Assembly (NCBI GenBank): GCA_045589295.1
Contig: JAZNOU010000012.1
Span: 165,353-229,352 of the forward strand
DNA from: Clostridia bacterium
GTDB lineage: Bacteria > Bacillota > Clostridia > RGIG6154
Direction: 5' to 3'
Length of the DNA stretch: 64,000 nt
Positions 26,460-35,516 of this stretch are shown here, piece by piece (the stretch's first letter is position 1; every line of letters begins with the position of its first letter). Position numbers and translations under genes: made by a program. The notes beneath the pieces are model-generated. The model did not search any database. It had not been told where the DNA came from and saw nothing but the letters and a program-made list of their open reading frames with translations.

Positions 26460-27029
26460 TTGAAAAAGAAAATTAGATTTAAACCGGGAAAGAAACAAAT
26501 AAGCATAAAATATATTTTTGTGATTTCTTTAATAACTCTTGCTATTGCCGTTTTAATGAAAGCAATAAGCGATGCTATTTTGGAAAATATTGTATTAACA
26601 TACAGCTATTTTATTCTGCTGGGAATAATTTTAATTGGTATTATATTTGACATAGTAGGCGTTGCGGTTACTTCAAGTGACGATACAAAATTTCACGCTA
26701 TGGCGGCAGACAAAGTGTATGGAGCAAAAGAAAGCATTATGCTTATAAAAAATGCGGAAAAAGTTTCCAGTATCTGCAATGACGTAATAGGTGATGTGTG
26801 TGGTATTGTAAGTGGAGCAGTGTCCTCTTGGGTTGTAGTGCAACTTGCAATGGGGGCACTAAAAGGCGAAGAAATTCTCGCTCTGGTTATGACAGGCGTT
26901 GTTTCGGCATTAACTGTAGGTGGCAAAGCTCTTGGTAAGTTTTTTGCACTTAATTACAATTGCAGTATTGTGTATATTGCGGGGAAAATAATACGATTTT
27001 TTAAGTTTTCCAAGAACTATAGGAGGTAG
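26460..27029 (+). CDS. oapA: OLE-associated protein A (OapA)-like small 4-TM membrane protein
   Basis: The 189-aa product has four predicted TM helices and a TTG start with a GGAG ribosome-binding site. Its position between the structured RNA and dxs is the assignment's main support. Confidence 0.6.
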   Translation: MKKKIRFKPGKKQISIKYIFVISLITLAIAVLMKAISDAILENIVLTYSYFILLGIILIGIIFDIVGVAVTSSDDTKFHAMAADKVYGAKESIMLIKNAEKVSSICNDVIGDVCGIVSGAVSSWVVVQLAMGALKGEEILALVMTGVVSALTVGGKALGKFFALNYNCSIVYIAGKIIRFFKFSKNYRR

Positions 27030-27032
27030 ACC

Positions 27033-28847
27033 GTGGGCATTATTGATAACATTAATTCGCCAAAAGACGTTAAAAAACTTAATAATGCCGAGCTTAAGAG
27101 GTTAGCTGGTGAGATAAGAGAAAGCTTGCTTAAGTCAGTGTCAAAAACAGGGGGACATTTGGCTTCAAATTTAGGAATAGTTGAAGTTACTCTTGCGCTT
27201 TTTAAGGTGTTTAATTTGCCTGAAGATAAGATTGTATATGACGTTGGACATCAGTGCTATGTACATAAAATTTTGACCGGCAGAAAAGACCGTATGGACA
27301 GTTTAAGAACGCATGGCGGTTTGGCGGGATTTCCCAAAATTCAGGAAAGCGAGTATGACTTTTTTAACACAGGACATTCAGGAAATTCGGTTTCTGTCGC
27401 AATGGCACTTGCCGAGGCAAACAGATTGAATGAAAAAGATGCATTTGCAATTGCAGTAATTGGTGACGGCTCGTTATCAAATGGACTTGCTTTTGAGGGG
27501 CTTAATAACGCAGGCAGAAAAAAATCAAATCTCGTTGTTGTTTTAAATGACAACGAAATGAGCATATCACAAAATGTTGGCAGTCTTAGCAATTACTTGA
27601 GTATGCTCAGAACTAAACCTGAGTATTCAGGTTTTAAGAAGAAAGTTGAACGAGGACTTGGACATATAAAGGGAATTGGTGAGGGTATTGCCAAGGCGCT
27701 TTCTGTTACCAAAGACAGTCTAAAGCACCTTTTAATTCCAGACACAGTGTTTGAAGCACTGGGTTTTACCTATGTTGGTCCTATAGATGGACATGATATT
27801 GAGCTTTTAACAACAGTGTTTGAGCAGATTAAGACTATTGACAAGCCTGTTTTAGTTCACGTTATTACCAAAAAAGGTAAGGGGTATTCTTTTGCAGAAA
27901 ACAATCCTGCAGCGTACCACGGAATTGGCCCGTTTGACATAAAAAAACCATTGTTTTTACAGCAAAAAAAAGAGTCTTATGCATTTGCACTTGATGAAAT
28001 TTTATGCAAAGAGGCGGAAGTAAATAAAGATGTAATAGGAATTTGCGCGGCAATGGAACATGCTGTTGGAATGAACAAATTCCACAAAAAATTCCCTGAC
28101 AGATTTTATGATGCAGGAATATGCGAAGGACATGCTGTGACTTTTGCAGCGGGGCTTGCTGCAGCAGGTAAAATTCCTGTGGTTGCAATTTATTCAACCT
28201 TTATGCAAAGGGCGTACGATAATATAATAAGCGATGTTGCGCTGACTAATCAGCACGTTGTATTTTGTATGGACAGGGCAGGAATAACAGGTCAGGACGG
28301 GGAAACTCATCATGGTGTTTTTGATGTTTCTTTTATGCTTCACATACCGAATATGACGGTCTTGACACCTAGAAATTCAAATGTGTTCAGACTTGCTCTT
28401 AAGGCGGCGATTAACGATATAAATGGACCTGTTGCAATAAGATATCCTAAATCGGAATCAAACGATATGTCATCTCCGGATGATATTTTCAAGGCGGAAT
28501 TTTTGCGCGAGGGTAAAAATGTTACCGTTATTACAATGTCGCAGATGACTGAAGTGGTTATGGCTCTGGATTTTGATGGTGACCATATAAATTTAAACAG
28601 TATAAAACCTATTGACAAGGATGCTATTATCAAATCTGCAATAAAAACCAAAAGAGTTGTAACTGTTGAGGACAATATTGTAAAAGGCGGAATGGGTGAA
28701 ACGATTTCAGATATTTTAAAAGAACTTGACGTGAAAGTTGTTAATCTAGGCATAAAAGACAGTTTTGTCAAGCATGGTAAAACAAGTGAGCTGTTAGATG
28801 AAATTGGACTTGGCGGTAAGGATATTCAAAAGGTGATTTTAGAATGA
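27033..28847 (+). CDS. dxs: 1-deoxy-D-xylulose-5-phosphate synthase
   Basis: The 604-aa product has a GTG start after an AGGAGG ribosome-binding site and a thiamine-diphosphate binding motif (GDGSLSNGLAFEGLNNAG) in the transketolase-like fold. Confidence 0.9.
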   Translation: MGIIDNINSPKDVKKLNNAELKRLAGEIRESLLKSVSKTGGHLASNLGIVEVTLALFKVFNLPEDKIVYDVGHQCYVHKILTGRKDRMDSLRTHGGLAGFPKIQESEYDFFNTGHSGNSVSVAMALAEANRLNEKDAFAIAVIGDGSLSNGLAFEGLNNAGRKKSNLVVVLNDNEMSISQNVGSLSNYLSMLRTKPEYSGFKKKVERGLGHIKGIGEGIAKALSVTKDSLKHLLIPDTVFEALGFTYVGPIDGHDIELLTTVFEQIKTIDKPVLVHVITKKGKGYSFAENNPAAYHGIGPFDIKKPLFLQQKKESYAFALDEILCKEAEVNKDVIGICAAMEHAVGMNKFHKKFPDRFYDAGICEGHAVTFAAGLAAAGKIPVVAIYSTFMQRAYDNIISDVALTNQHVVFCMDRAGITGQDGETHHGVFDVSFMLHIPNMTVLTPRNSNVFRLALKAAINDINGPVAIRYPKSESNDMSSPDDIFKAEFLREGKNVTVITMSQMTEVVMALDFDGDHINLNSIKPIDKDAIIKSAIKTKRVVTVEDNIVKGGMGETISDILKELDVKVVNLGIKDSFVKHGKTSELLDEIGLGGKDIQKVILE

Positions 28848-29641
28848 AGACAAGGCTTGATGTATATCTTTTTGAAAATAATCTGGCAGAAAGCAGAGAA
28901 AAAGCAAAAAGCATTATTATGAGTGGAAATGTGTATGTCAACAATCAAAAAGCCGACAAGGCGGGGTTTGTAGTAAATGATGGTGATAGTGTTGAAGTAA
29001 GAGGCAAGCAAAATCCTTATGTAAGCCGAGGCGGATTAAAGCTTGACAAGGCAATGAAGGTATTTGACATAACACTTAAGGATAAGGTTTGTATGGACAT
29101 CGGTGCTTCAACCGGCGGATTTACAGACTGTATGCTTCAAAACGGGGCAAAAAAAGTTTTTTCTGTTGATGTTGGCTATGGTCAACTTGCATGGAAGTTA
29201 AGATGCGACGAAAGAGTCGTTAATATGGAAAGAACCAACATAAGAAACGTAACAAAGGAGCAAATTGCACAAGATATTGATTTTGCATCTGTTGATGTTT
29301 CGTTTATTTCACTAAAACACGTTTTGCCTGTTGCAAAACAGCTTTTAGCAGAAGGAGGCGAAATGGTTTGTCTTATAAAACCGCAATTTGAAGCGGGAAG
29401 AGAAAAGGTTGGTAAAAAGGGCGTTGTAAGGGATATTAATGTTCACTACGAGGTAGTTTATAACATAATTGAGCTTGCAAAAAGCGAGGGCTTTTATCCC
29501 AGTGCACTTGACTATTCACCAATCAAAGGACCAGAAGGGAATATTGAATATATAATTCACTTAAAAACAATTGAAACAGAAAGTGAAATTGATGTTAAAA
29601 AAGTGGTGGATTTAAGCCACGAAAATTTATCAGCACTTTAA
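28844..29641 (+). CDS. tlyA: TlyA family rRNA (cytidine-2'-O)-methyltransferase / hemolysin A
   Basis: It has an N-terminal S4 domain (RLDVYL...) and an FtsJ-type SAM methyltransferase motif (DIGASTGGFTD). Confidence 0.85.
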   Translation: MKTRLDVYLFENNLAESREKAKSIIMSGNVYVNNQKADKAGFVVNDGDSVEVRGKQNPYVSRGGLKLDKAMKVFDITLKDKVCMDIGASTGGFTDCMLQNGAKKVFSVDVGYGQLAWKLRCDERVVNMERTNIRNVTKEQIAQDIDFASVDVSFISLKHVLPVAKQLLAEGGEMVCLIKPQFEAGREKVGKKGVVRDINVHYEVVYNIIELAKSEGFYPSALDYSPIKGPEGNIEYIIHLKTIETESEIDVKKVVDLSHENLSAL

Positions 29642-29648
29642 GAGGTGT

Positions 29649-30497
29649 ATGTTTATGAAAAAAATTGCACTTATAACAAATTTAACAAGGGACAAAGATT
29701 TAGAGCACACAAGAAATGTTGCAAAGAGTCTTTGTGAGTTTGGTGCGCAAATTTTTTCAAATATAAAGGAAATAGAAAACACTACTTATGCAGAAATTGA
29801 AGATGCCTTTAAAAATGCAGATATGGCGGTTGTTTTAGGCGGCGACGGAACACTTATAAGAGCGTCTAAGTATGCTATAAAATATGATGTTCCCATTTTG
29901 GGATACAATATAGGAAATCTCGGATTTTTAGTTGAACTTGAAAAAGGCGAGAAAGATGAACTTTCAAAGATTTTTACCGACGAGTATGAAATTGAAAACA
30001 GAATTATGCTGCATGTAAGTGTTTCAAGAAACGGTGAAGAGATTTTCAAATCAACTGCATTAAATGATGTTGCAGTTTCGCGCGGTGTTATCTCAAAAAT
30101 GACACATCTTAAACTTAGTGTTGATAACAAATACGTAAGTGACTATTATGCAGACGGCATAGTGATTGCAACACCTACAGGTTCGACCGCATATTCGTTG
30201 TCGGCGGGAGGACCGGTTGTAGCACCAAACCTTGATGTTATGATTATAACACCCATTTGTGCACACACCGTAACTTCAAGACCAATGGTTATTTCAGATA
30301 AAAGCACAGTGGATATAAGCGTTGATATTTACCACAGTGAAGATGTTGTGGTTATGTGCGACGGGGAGCGCGGCATTGAGCTTAAAAGCGGTGATGTTGT
30401 TACAGTTACAAAAGAAGAAAGATGCGCAAAGCTTATAAGGTTTGGAAAGAGAAGCTTTTTTGATGTGCTTCATCAAAAACTTTCGGAGAGAAAATAA
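29649..30497 (+). CDS. nadK: NAD(+) kinase
   Basis: It has the GGDGT motif and an NE/DGxxxxTxxGSTAYSLSAGGP motif. Confidence 0.85.
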   Translation: MFMKKIALITNLTRDKDLEHTRNVAKSLCEFGAQIFSNIKEIENTTYAEIEDAFKNADMAVVLGGDGTLIRASKYAIKYDVPILGYNIGNLGFLVELEKGEKDELSKIFTDEYEIENRIMLHVSVSRNGEEIFKSTALNDVAVSRGVISKMTHLKLSVDNKYVSDYYADGIVIATPTGSTAYSLSAGGPVVAPNLDVMIITPICAHTVTSRPMVISDKSTVDISVDIYHSEDVVVMCDGERGIELKSGDVVTVTKEERCAKLIRFGKRSFFDVLHQKLSERK

Positions 30498-30513
30498 TTT
30501 TGGAGGAATAAAA

Positions 30514-30969
30514 ATGTCCAAAAAGAGAAGACATGACGAAATTTTGAGACTTATCAGTGAAAATGTAATAGAAACACAAGGTCAGCTTACTCAGCTTTTG
30601 TTGGATGAGGGTTTTGATGTTACGCAGGCCACAGTTTCAAGAGATATAAAAGAATTAAGGCTTGTTAAGGTTTCTGACTACGACGATAACTACAGATATG
30701 CAATGTCAAGAAATGAAAACCATGCTTCAATTATGTCAAGAAACGTTCAGCTTTTAAAGCATGTTATTTTAAGCGTTGAAAGTGCGAAAAATATTGTTGT
30801 TATTAAAACTCTGGCAGGTTCAGCACAGGGGTGTGCAAGTGCTTTAGAGTCAATGAATTTTGAAAAAATAGTTGGAGTTATTGCAGGGGATGATACCATT
30901 TTTGCAGTAGTTCCTGATGATTCGGATGCTAACAGACTCATTCGAAAAATAGAAGAGGTATTAAAGTAA
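30514..30969 (+). CDS. argR: arginine repressor ArgR
   Basis: An ATG at 30514 follows a GGAGGA ribosome-binding site. The protein has a winged-helix N-terminus (QATVSRDIKEL) and a C-terminal oligomerisation domain (GDDTIF). Confidence 0.8.
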   Translation: MSKKRRHDEILRLISENVIETQGQLTQLLLDEGFDVTQATVSRDIKELRLVKVSDYDDNYRYAMSRNENHASIMSRNVQLLKHVILSVESAKNIVVIKTLAGSAQGCASALESMNFEKIVGVIAGDDTIFAVVPDDSDANRLIRKIEEVLK

Positions 30970-32642
30970 TGCTCAGCCATTTACACATTGAAAACATAGC
31001 CATTATGGATAACGTAGACATAGAGCTTGAAAACGGCTTTCTTGCACTTACAGGTCAGACTGGTGCGGGAAAGTCTATTATCATTGACTCTATTAATCTC
31101 TTAACAGGCGAAAGAAGTTCACGTGAGCTTGTTAAAAGTGGTAAAGACAAGGCTTTTGTTGAAGGTGTGGTTTATACTGAAAATAAAGAGGCACTTGAAA
31201 TTTTATCGCAAAACGGAATTGACGCTTTCGAGGGTGAGCCGCTTGTATTAAGCAGAGAAATTACCAAAGACGGCAGAAGCACAGTAAGAATTAACGGGAG
31301 AATTTCAACTACCCACGTATTAAAAGATGTTTGCTCTAAAATTATCAATATTCATGGTCAAAACGATAATCAAAGCATTTTAGACACTAAATTCCACGGC
31401 CTTTTTTTAGACAGTTTTGCTTCTCTTTCAGATGAAATTGAAGAATATCAAAGCATTTTTGACGAGTTTGTAAAAACGCAAAATCTTTTAAAGCAAACAG
31501 ACCAGGATGAAGAACAAAAAGAGCAAAGGAAAGAATTTTTAGAGTTTCAGATAAATGAAATCGAGCAGGCAAATCTTACTCTAGGAGAAGATGAAGAACT
31601 TTTAACCCAAAGACAAAGATTTTTGAACAATGAAAAGTTTGAAGAAAGCGTTAACAAAAGCTATTATGCCTTGGCGGGCTCGGAAGATTTTGATGGTGCG
31701 TGCTCTTTAGTGAAATCTGCACAGAAAGGTTTAGATGACCTTGCAAAGTTTGAACCCAGAGCAGAAAAAATTTCAGAGAAAATAAAAGACATTTTAAGTG
31801 AGCTTGAAGATATAAAGGAAACAGTTTACGACCTTAAAAATGATGATGACTTTGCAGAAATAGATATTAACTTTGTTGAGTCAAGAATAGATGTAATTAA
31901 CCGCCTTAAAAGGAAATATGGGGGAGAAATTGAAGACATTTTAAGCAAAAAAGAAGAACTTACAGATGAACTTTCAGCTATTGAAAACAGTACAGAAAAT
32001 AAAAAGGCTCTTAAAGAAAAAGCAGAAAAGTTAGAGCTTGAGCTTACAAAGAAAGCAGTAAAAATTGAAGCGGCAAGAAAACTTTCAGCAGAAAAACTTA
32101 AAAAAGAGGTAGCAAATCAGCTAAAAGACCTTGAGATGGAAAAGGTTGAGTTTGACACCAAGATTTCAAGATGCGAATTTTCAAGACGCGGCTTTAACGA
32201 TATTCAGTTTTTAATTTCAACAAACCCAGGTGAGCCTTTAAAACCGCTTAACAAAATCGCATCAGGCGGTGAACTTTCAAGAATTATTTTAGCATTAAAA
32301 GTTGTGCTTTCAGGAAAAGACAGCGTTTCAACTATGATTTTTGACGAGGTTGACGTAGGTGTCGGTGGAAGCGCGGCGCAGAAAATTGCAGAAAAGCTTA
32401 GAAGCATTTCAAAGGACAAGCAGGTTATTGTTATAACTCACTTGGCGCAAATTGCAAGTTTTGCAGATAACCACTACCTTATTTCCAAAAAGGTTGAAAA
32501 CGGAAATACTTATTCTGAAATAAATCTTTTGTCAGATACACAAAGAATAGATGAAATTGCTAGAATTATGAGTGGCAGCGTTATTACAGAAAGCACAAGG
32601 GGTGCTGCTGAAGAAATGATTAATATGGCAAAACAATTTTAA
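30969..32642 (+). CDS. recN: DNA repair protein RecN
   Basis: The 557-aa SMC-like protein has Walker A (GQTGAGKS), coiled coils and a C-terminal signature/Walker B region. Confidence 0.9.
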   Translation: MLSHLHIENIAIMDNVDIELENGFLALTGQTGAGKSIIIDSINLLTGERSSRELVKSGKDKAFVEGVVYTENKEALEILSQNGIDAFEGEPLVLSREITKDGRSTVRINGRISTTHVLKDVCSKIINIHGQNDNQSILDTKFHGLFLDSFASLSDEIEEYQSIFDEFVKTQNLLKQTDQDEEQKEQRKEFLEFQINEIEQANLTLGEDEELLTQRQRFLNNEKFEESVNKSYYALAGSEDFDGACSLVKSAQKGLDDLAKFEPRAEKISEKIKDILSELEDIKETVYDLKNDDDFAEIDINFVESRIDVINRLKRKYGGEIEDILSKKEELTDELSAIENSTENKKALKEKAEKLELELTKKAVKIEAARKLSAEKLKKEVANQLKDLEMEKVEFDTKISRCEFSRRGFNDIQFLISTNPGEPLKPLNKIASGGELSRIILALKVVLSGKDSVSTMIFDEVDVGVGGSAAQKIAEKLRSISKDKQVIVITHLAQIASFADNHYLISKKVENGNTYSEINLLSDTQRIDEIARIMSGSVITESTRGAAEEMINMAKQF

Positions 32643-32651
32643 AGGTGAATT

Positions 32652-33059
32652 ATGGAACAGGCATTTGGCAGGATTGAAAGTATAAAAGGCGATTTAGCAG
32701 TTGTTTTAATACAAAGGGGAAGTATGTGCGGTGAAAATTGTTCATCTTGCGGTATGTGCGGCGGAGCAAAAACAAAAATCACGGCAAAAAATACAATTGG
32801 TGCAAATGTTGGCGACAGTGTTGTTTTAAGCGTGCCTACTTCAAAGGGCTTGAAGGCAACATTGCTTGTTTACGGAGTTCCTGTTTGTATTTTGATATTG
32901 TCTGCTATATTGTTTCAAAATGTAGGTTTTTCGGAAAGCATTTCTGTGCTTTTTGGGTTTTTATTAATGGTAGTATGGTTTTTAGCTATATTTTTTTTAG
33001 AAAAAACAGGTAAATTTGAAAAAGATATATTGGCAAGTATAGTTAAAAAGAGGGGCTAA
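32652..33059 (+). CDS. RseC/MucC (SoxR-reducing system) family protein
   Basis: It has an N-terminal Cys cluster (CGENCSSCGMCGG) and two C-terminal TM helices. Confidence 0.55.
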   Translation: MEQAFGRIESIKGDLAVVLIQRGSMCGENCSSCGMCGGAKTKITAKNTIGANVGDSVVLSVPTSKGLKATLLVYGVPVCILILSAILFQNVGFSESISVLFGFLLMVVWFLAIFFLEKTGKFEKDILASIVKKRG

Positions 33060-33124
33060 GGTCTCTCTTTTTTAATAAAACCACTTTTTTGTGTATATAA
33101 TTACTACAGAAAGGTGGTAATTTT

Positions 33125-33658
33125 ATGACTAAAATTTTAAAGAAGTGGGAAATAGCAGGTTTTTTCTTTGTTGTCGCACTTGGTACACTTGGACATTTTT
33201 TGTATGATTTAACAGGGCAAAATGAGATTATCGGAAAATTTTTTGCGACCAATGAAAGTACATGGGAGCATTTAAAACTTTTGTTTTTTCCATGTGTTGT
33301 TTTTATGATTATAGAGTGGTTTTTTATCGGGAAAAACTACAAGGGATTTGTTTTTTCAAAGCTTGTAGGAGTGCTTTCGGGGCTTGTTTTGATTGTGGTG
33401 CTTTTTTACACATACACAGGTGTTTTGGGACAAAACGTTGACTTTTTAAACATTGCTATTTTTGTTATCGCTGCGGCATTTTCGTTTTATATAAGCTACA
33501 GACTTTTATCAGGCGGTATAAGAGTAACGCTTACATTGCCGTCTTTGATTGCATTTATAGTAATTGCTGTGCTTTTTGTAACCTTTACAACCAATCCTCC
33601 AATGATTAATCTTTTTAAAGACCCTGTAACAGGAAGCTACGGAACTCAAAAACAATAG
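33125..33658 (+). CDS. hypothetical polytopic membrane protein
   Basis: The 177-aa product has five or six hydrophobic helices and no recognisable motif. Confidence 0.4.
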   Translation: MTKILKKWEIAGFFFVVALGTLGHFLYDLTGQNEIIGKFFATNESTWEHLKLLFFPCVVFMIIEWFFIGKNYKGFVFSKLVGVLSGLVLIVVLFYTYTGVLGQNVDFLNIAIFVIAAAFSFYISYRLLSGGIRVTLTLPSLIAFIVIAVLFVTFTTNPPMINLFKDPVTGSYGTQKQ

Positions 33659-33711
33659 ACAAAGTACCTGCTTTGTGATACAATAGAGAAAAAGTGTTTC
33701 AGGAGTACGTT

Positions 33712-35388
33712 ATGAAGAAAAAACTTTTTAAAATTTGCATATTACTGGCGGCAGTTTTTATCTGTCTTATTTTAGGCGCAAAAATTTCACCTGCATTTAA
33801 AAACTGTCTAAAAACAGCGCTTTTGCCTATTTTACCTGAGTCAAAGCCTGTGATTTTTTACTATGCAGATGCCAAGAAAGTGCACAGCTTAAATAACGTT
33901 GATATAAACAAAGTGGATTTTAAAGAAATTCAGAAAACAAAAGAAAAAACTTATGTAATAAATCATTCAAGGGGATATGCATTAGAGTTTTCCAATGATA
34001 CAAAGTTTGATTTTACAAAAGACAGCGACTATTTTACAGCCATCCAAAAGGATATGACAATCACTGTTTCAAAGGAGTTTTCACCATACCTTGATACAAA
34101 ACAGTTTGTTGATGAGTCTTTGAATAAGTATTTTTTAAATGAAAAATTTGCTGAGCATAACAGAATTGAAATTCACAAAAATGCTATGGAAAAAATAGGG
34201 GACTACTGGATGCAGATTTCGGTTTTGTCAAGAACTAAGGCTCCTGGCAGTGAAGTTAAGTACAACACCTATGCACAGTGTATTATCTACACAGGTACAA
34301 GGCATTTTTACAGAATTTTATTTAAAACGGATAAGTATGATGAAAATCTGAAGGAGCAGATTTACAAAACTTTATACTCATTTACGGATGGCATTGAAAT
34401 TAAGGGTAAATCGGGCATCTTTACTGATTTTAAACCTATTCAGAATAAAAACTGGTCGGAAGAAACTAAAAAGCTATATGATGAAATTAAAAATTCAAGC
34501 GATGTAAAATGGGGCATTTTTGTTCCGTGGGCTGTTACAAACAGTGATTTTGAAGAAATCAAAACGATTGAAAAAGAAATAAACCATAAATTCTCAGGCG
34601 TTTTGGAGTATATGTATTTAGGGCAAAATGCACCGATTGAGGGTATGAAAAAGGCGTATGATGATGGAAAAATAATTGAACTTACTTTACAGACTTCAAC
34701 CGTTATGAATCAAGATCTTGACAGTTATAACATAATGTTTGATATTATTGACGGGAAAAAGGACGACGAGATTATGGCGTTGGCTCAAAGTTTAAAAGAA
34801 TTTGAGCACCCGTTTTTGTTCAGGCTTAATAATGAAATGAATTCTGATTGGACTACTTACGGGGGAAACGTAACTTTAAATGACCCTGAAATATTTGTCA
34901 GCGTATGGAGAAGAATTTACGACATCTTTGAAAAGGTAGGAGTAAACAATGCTATATGGGTATTTAATCCTAACGACCAAAGCTTTCCTACAATGGGCTT
35001 TAATTCGAGCACTGCTTATTACCCGGGTAACGGATATGTGCATATTTTCGGAGTAACAGGCTACAATACAGGGACATACTATGAAGAAAAATATATGGAA
35101 AAATGGGAAGAGTTCGACGAAATTTATTCTGAAATTGTAAAGTCGAGCCAAAAAACATATGGTAAATTCCCCTGGATAATAACTGAATTTGCATCGTCAG
35201 GAATTGGCGGAGATAAAGCAAAGTGGATTGAAAATATGTTTGTTTCAATTAAGAATTATCCGCAAATTAAAATGGCTTTCTGGTTTTCAAGCGCTGACTA
35301 CGATGAAAACGGAAATGTTGCCCGTTCTTATTGGTTGAATGAAAATGAAACATGTTTGGATGCATTTAAAAGGAATTTGAATAAATAA
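33712..35388 (+). CDS. secreted glycoside hydrolase, GH26-like (beta-mannanase family) candidate
   Basis: It has a signal peptide, an RLNNEMNSDW motif and a later ITEFASSG motif resembling the GH26 acid/base and nucleophile regions. Confidence 0.45.
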   Translation: MKKKLFKICILLAAVFICLILGAKISPAFKNCLKTALLPILPESKPVIFYYADAKKVHSLNNVDINKVDFKEIQKTKEKTYVINHSRGYALEFSNDTKFDFTKDSDYFTAIQKDMTITVSKEFSPYLDTKQFVDESLNKYFLNEKFAEHNRIEIHKNAMEKIGDYWMQISVLSRTKAPGSEVKYNTYAQCIIYTGTRHFYRILFKTDKYDENLKEQIYKTLYSFTDGIEIKGKSGIFTDFKPIQNKNWSEETKKLYDEIKNSSDVKWGIFVPWAVTNSDFEEIKTIEKEINHKFSGVLEYMYLGQNAPIEGMKKAYDDGKIIELTLQTSTVMNQDLDSYNIMFDIIDGKKDDEIMALAQSLKEFEHPFLFRLNNEMNSDWTTYGGNVTLNDPEIFVSVWRRIYDIFEKVGVNNAIWVFNPNDQSFPTMGFNSSTAYYPGNGYVHIFGVTGYNTGTYYEEKYMEKWEEFDEIYSEIVKSSQKTYGKFPWIITEFASSGIGGDKAKWIENMFVSIKNYPQIKMAFWFSSADYDENGNVARSYWLNENETCLDAFKRNLNK

Positions 35389-35516
35389 ATTTTGGCTTTT
35401 TCAGGAGATTTCAAATGATGAAATTTTTGTGAAAAAGCCGTTCTTTTTTTAAAAAAATTGACTTTATTATTTTAAAGGTGTATAATTTTATAGTTAATAA
35501 AATGTTTGGAGGCAGT

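Noticed and set aside
35395-35460. Long-loop hairpin GGCTTTTTCA...TGAAAAAGCC plus T-run after the GH26-like gene as a terminator
   Set aside because: The 25-nt loop makes the structure weak. It may still act as a terminator but is not confidently called.
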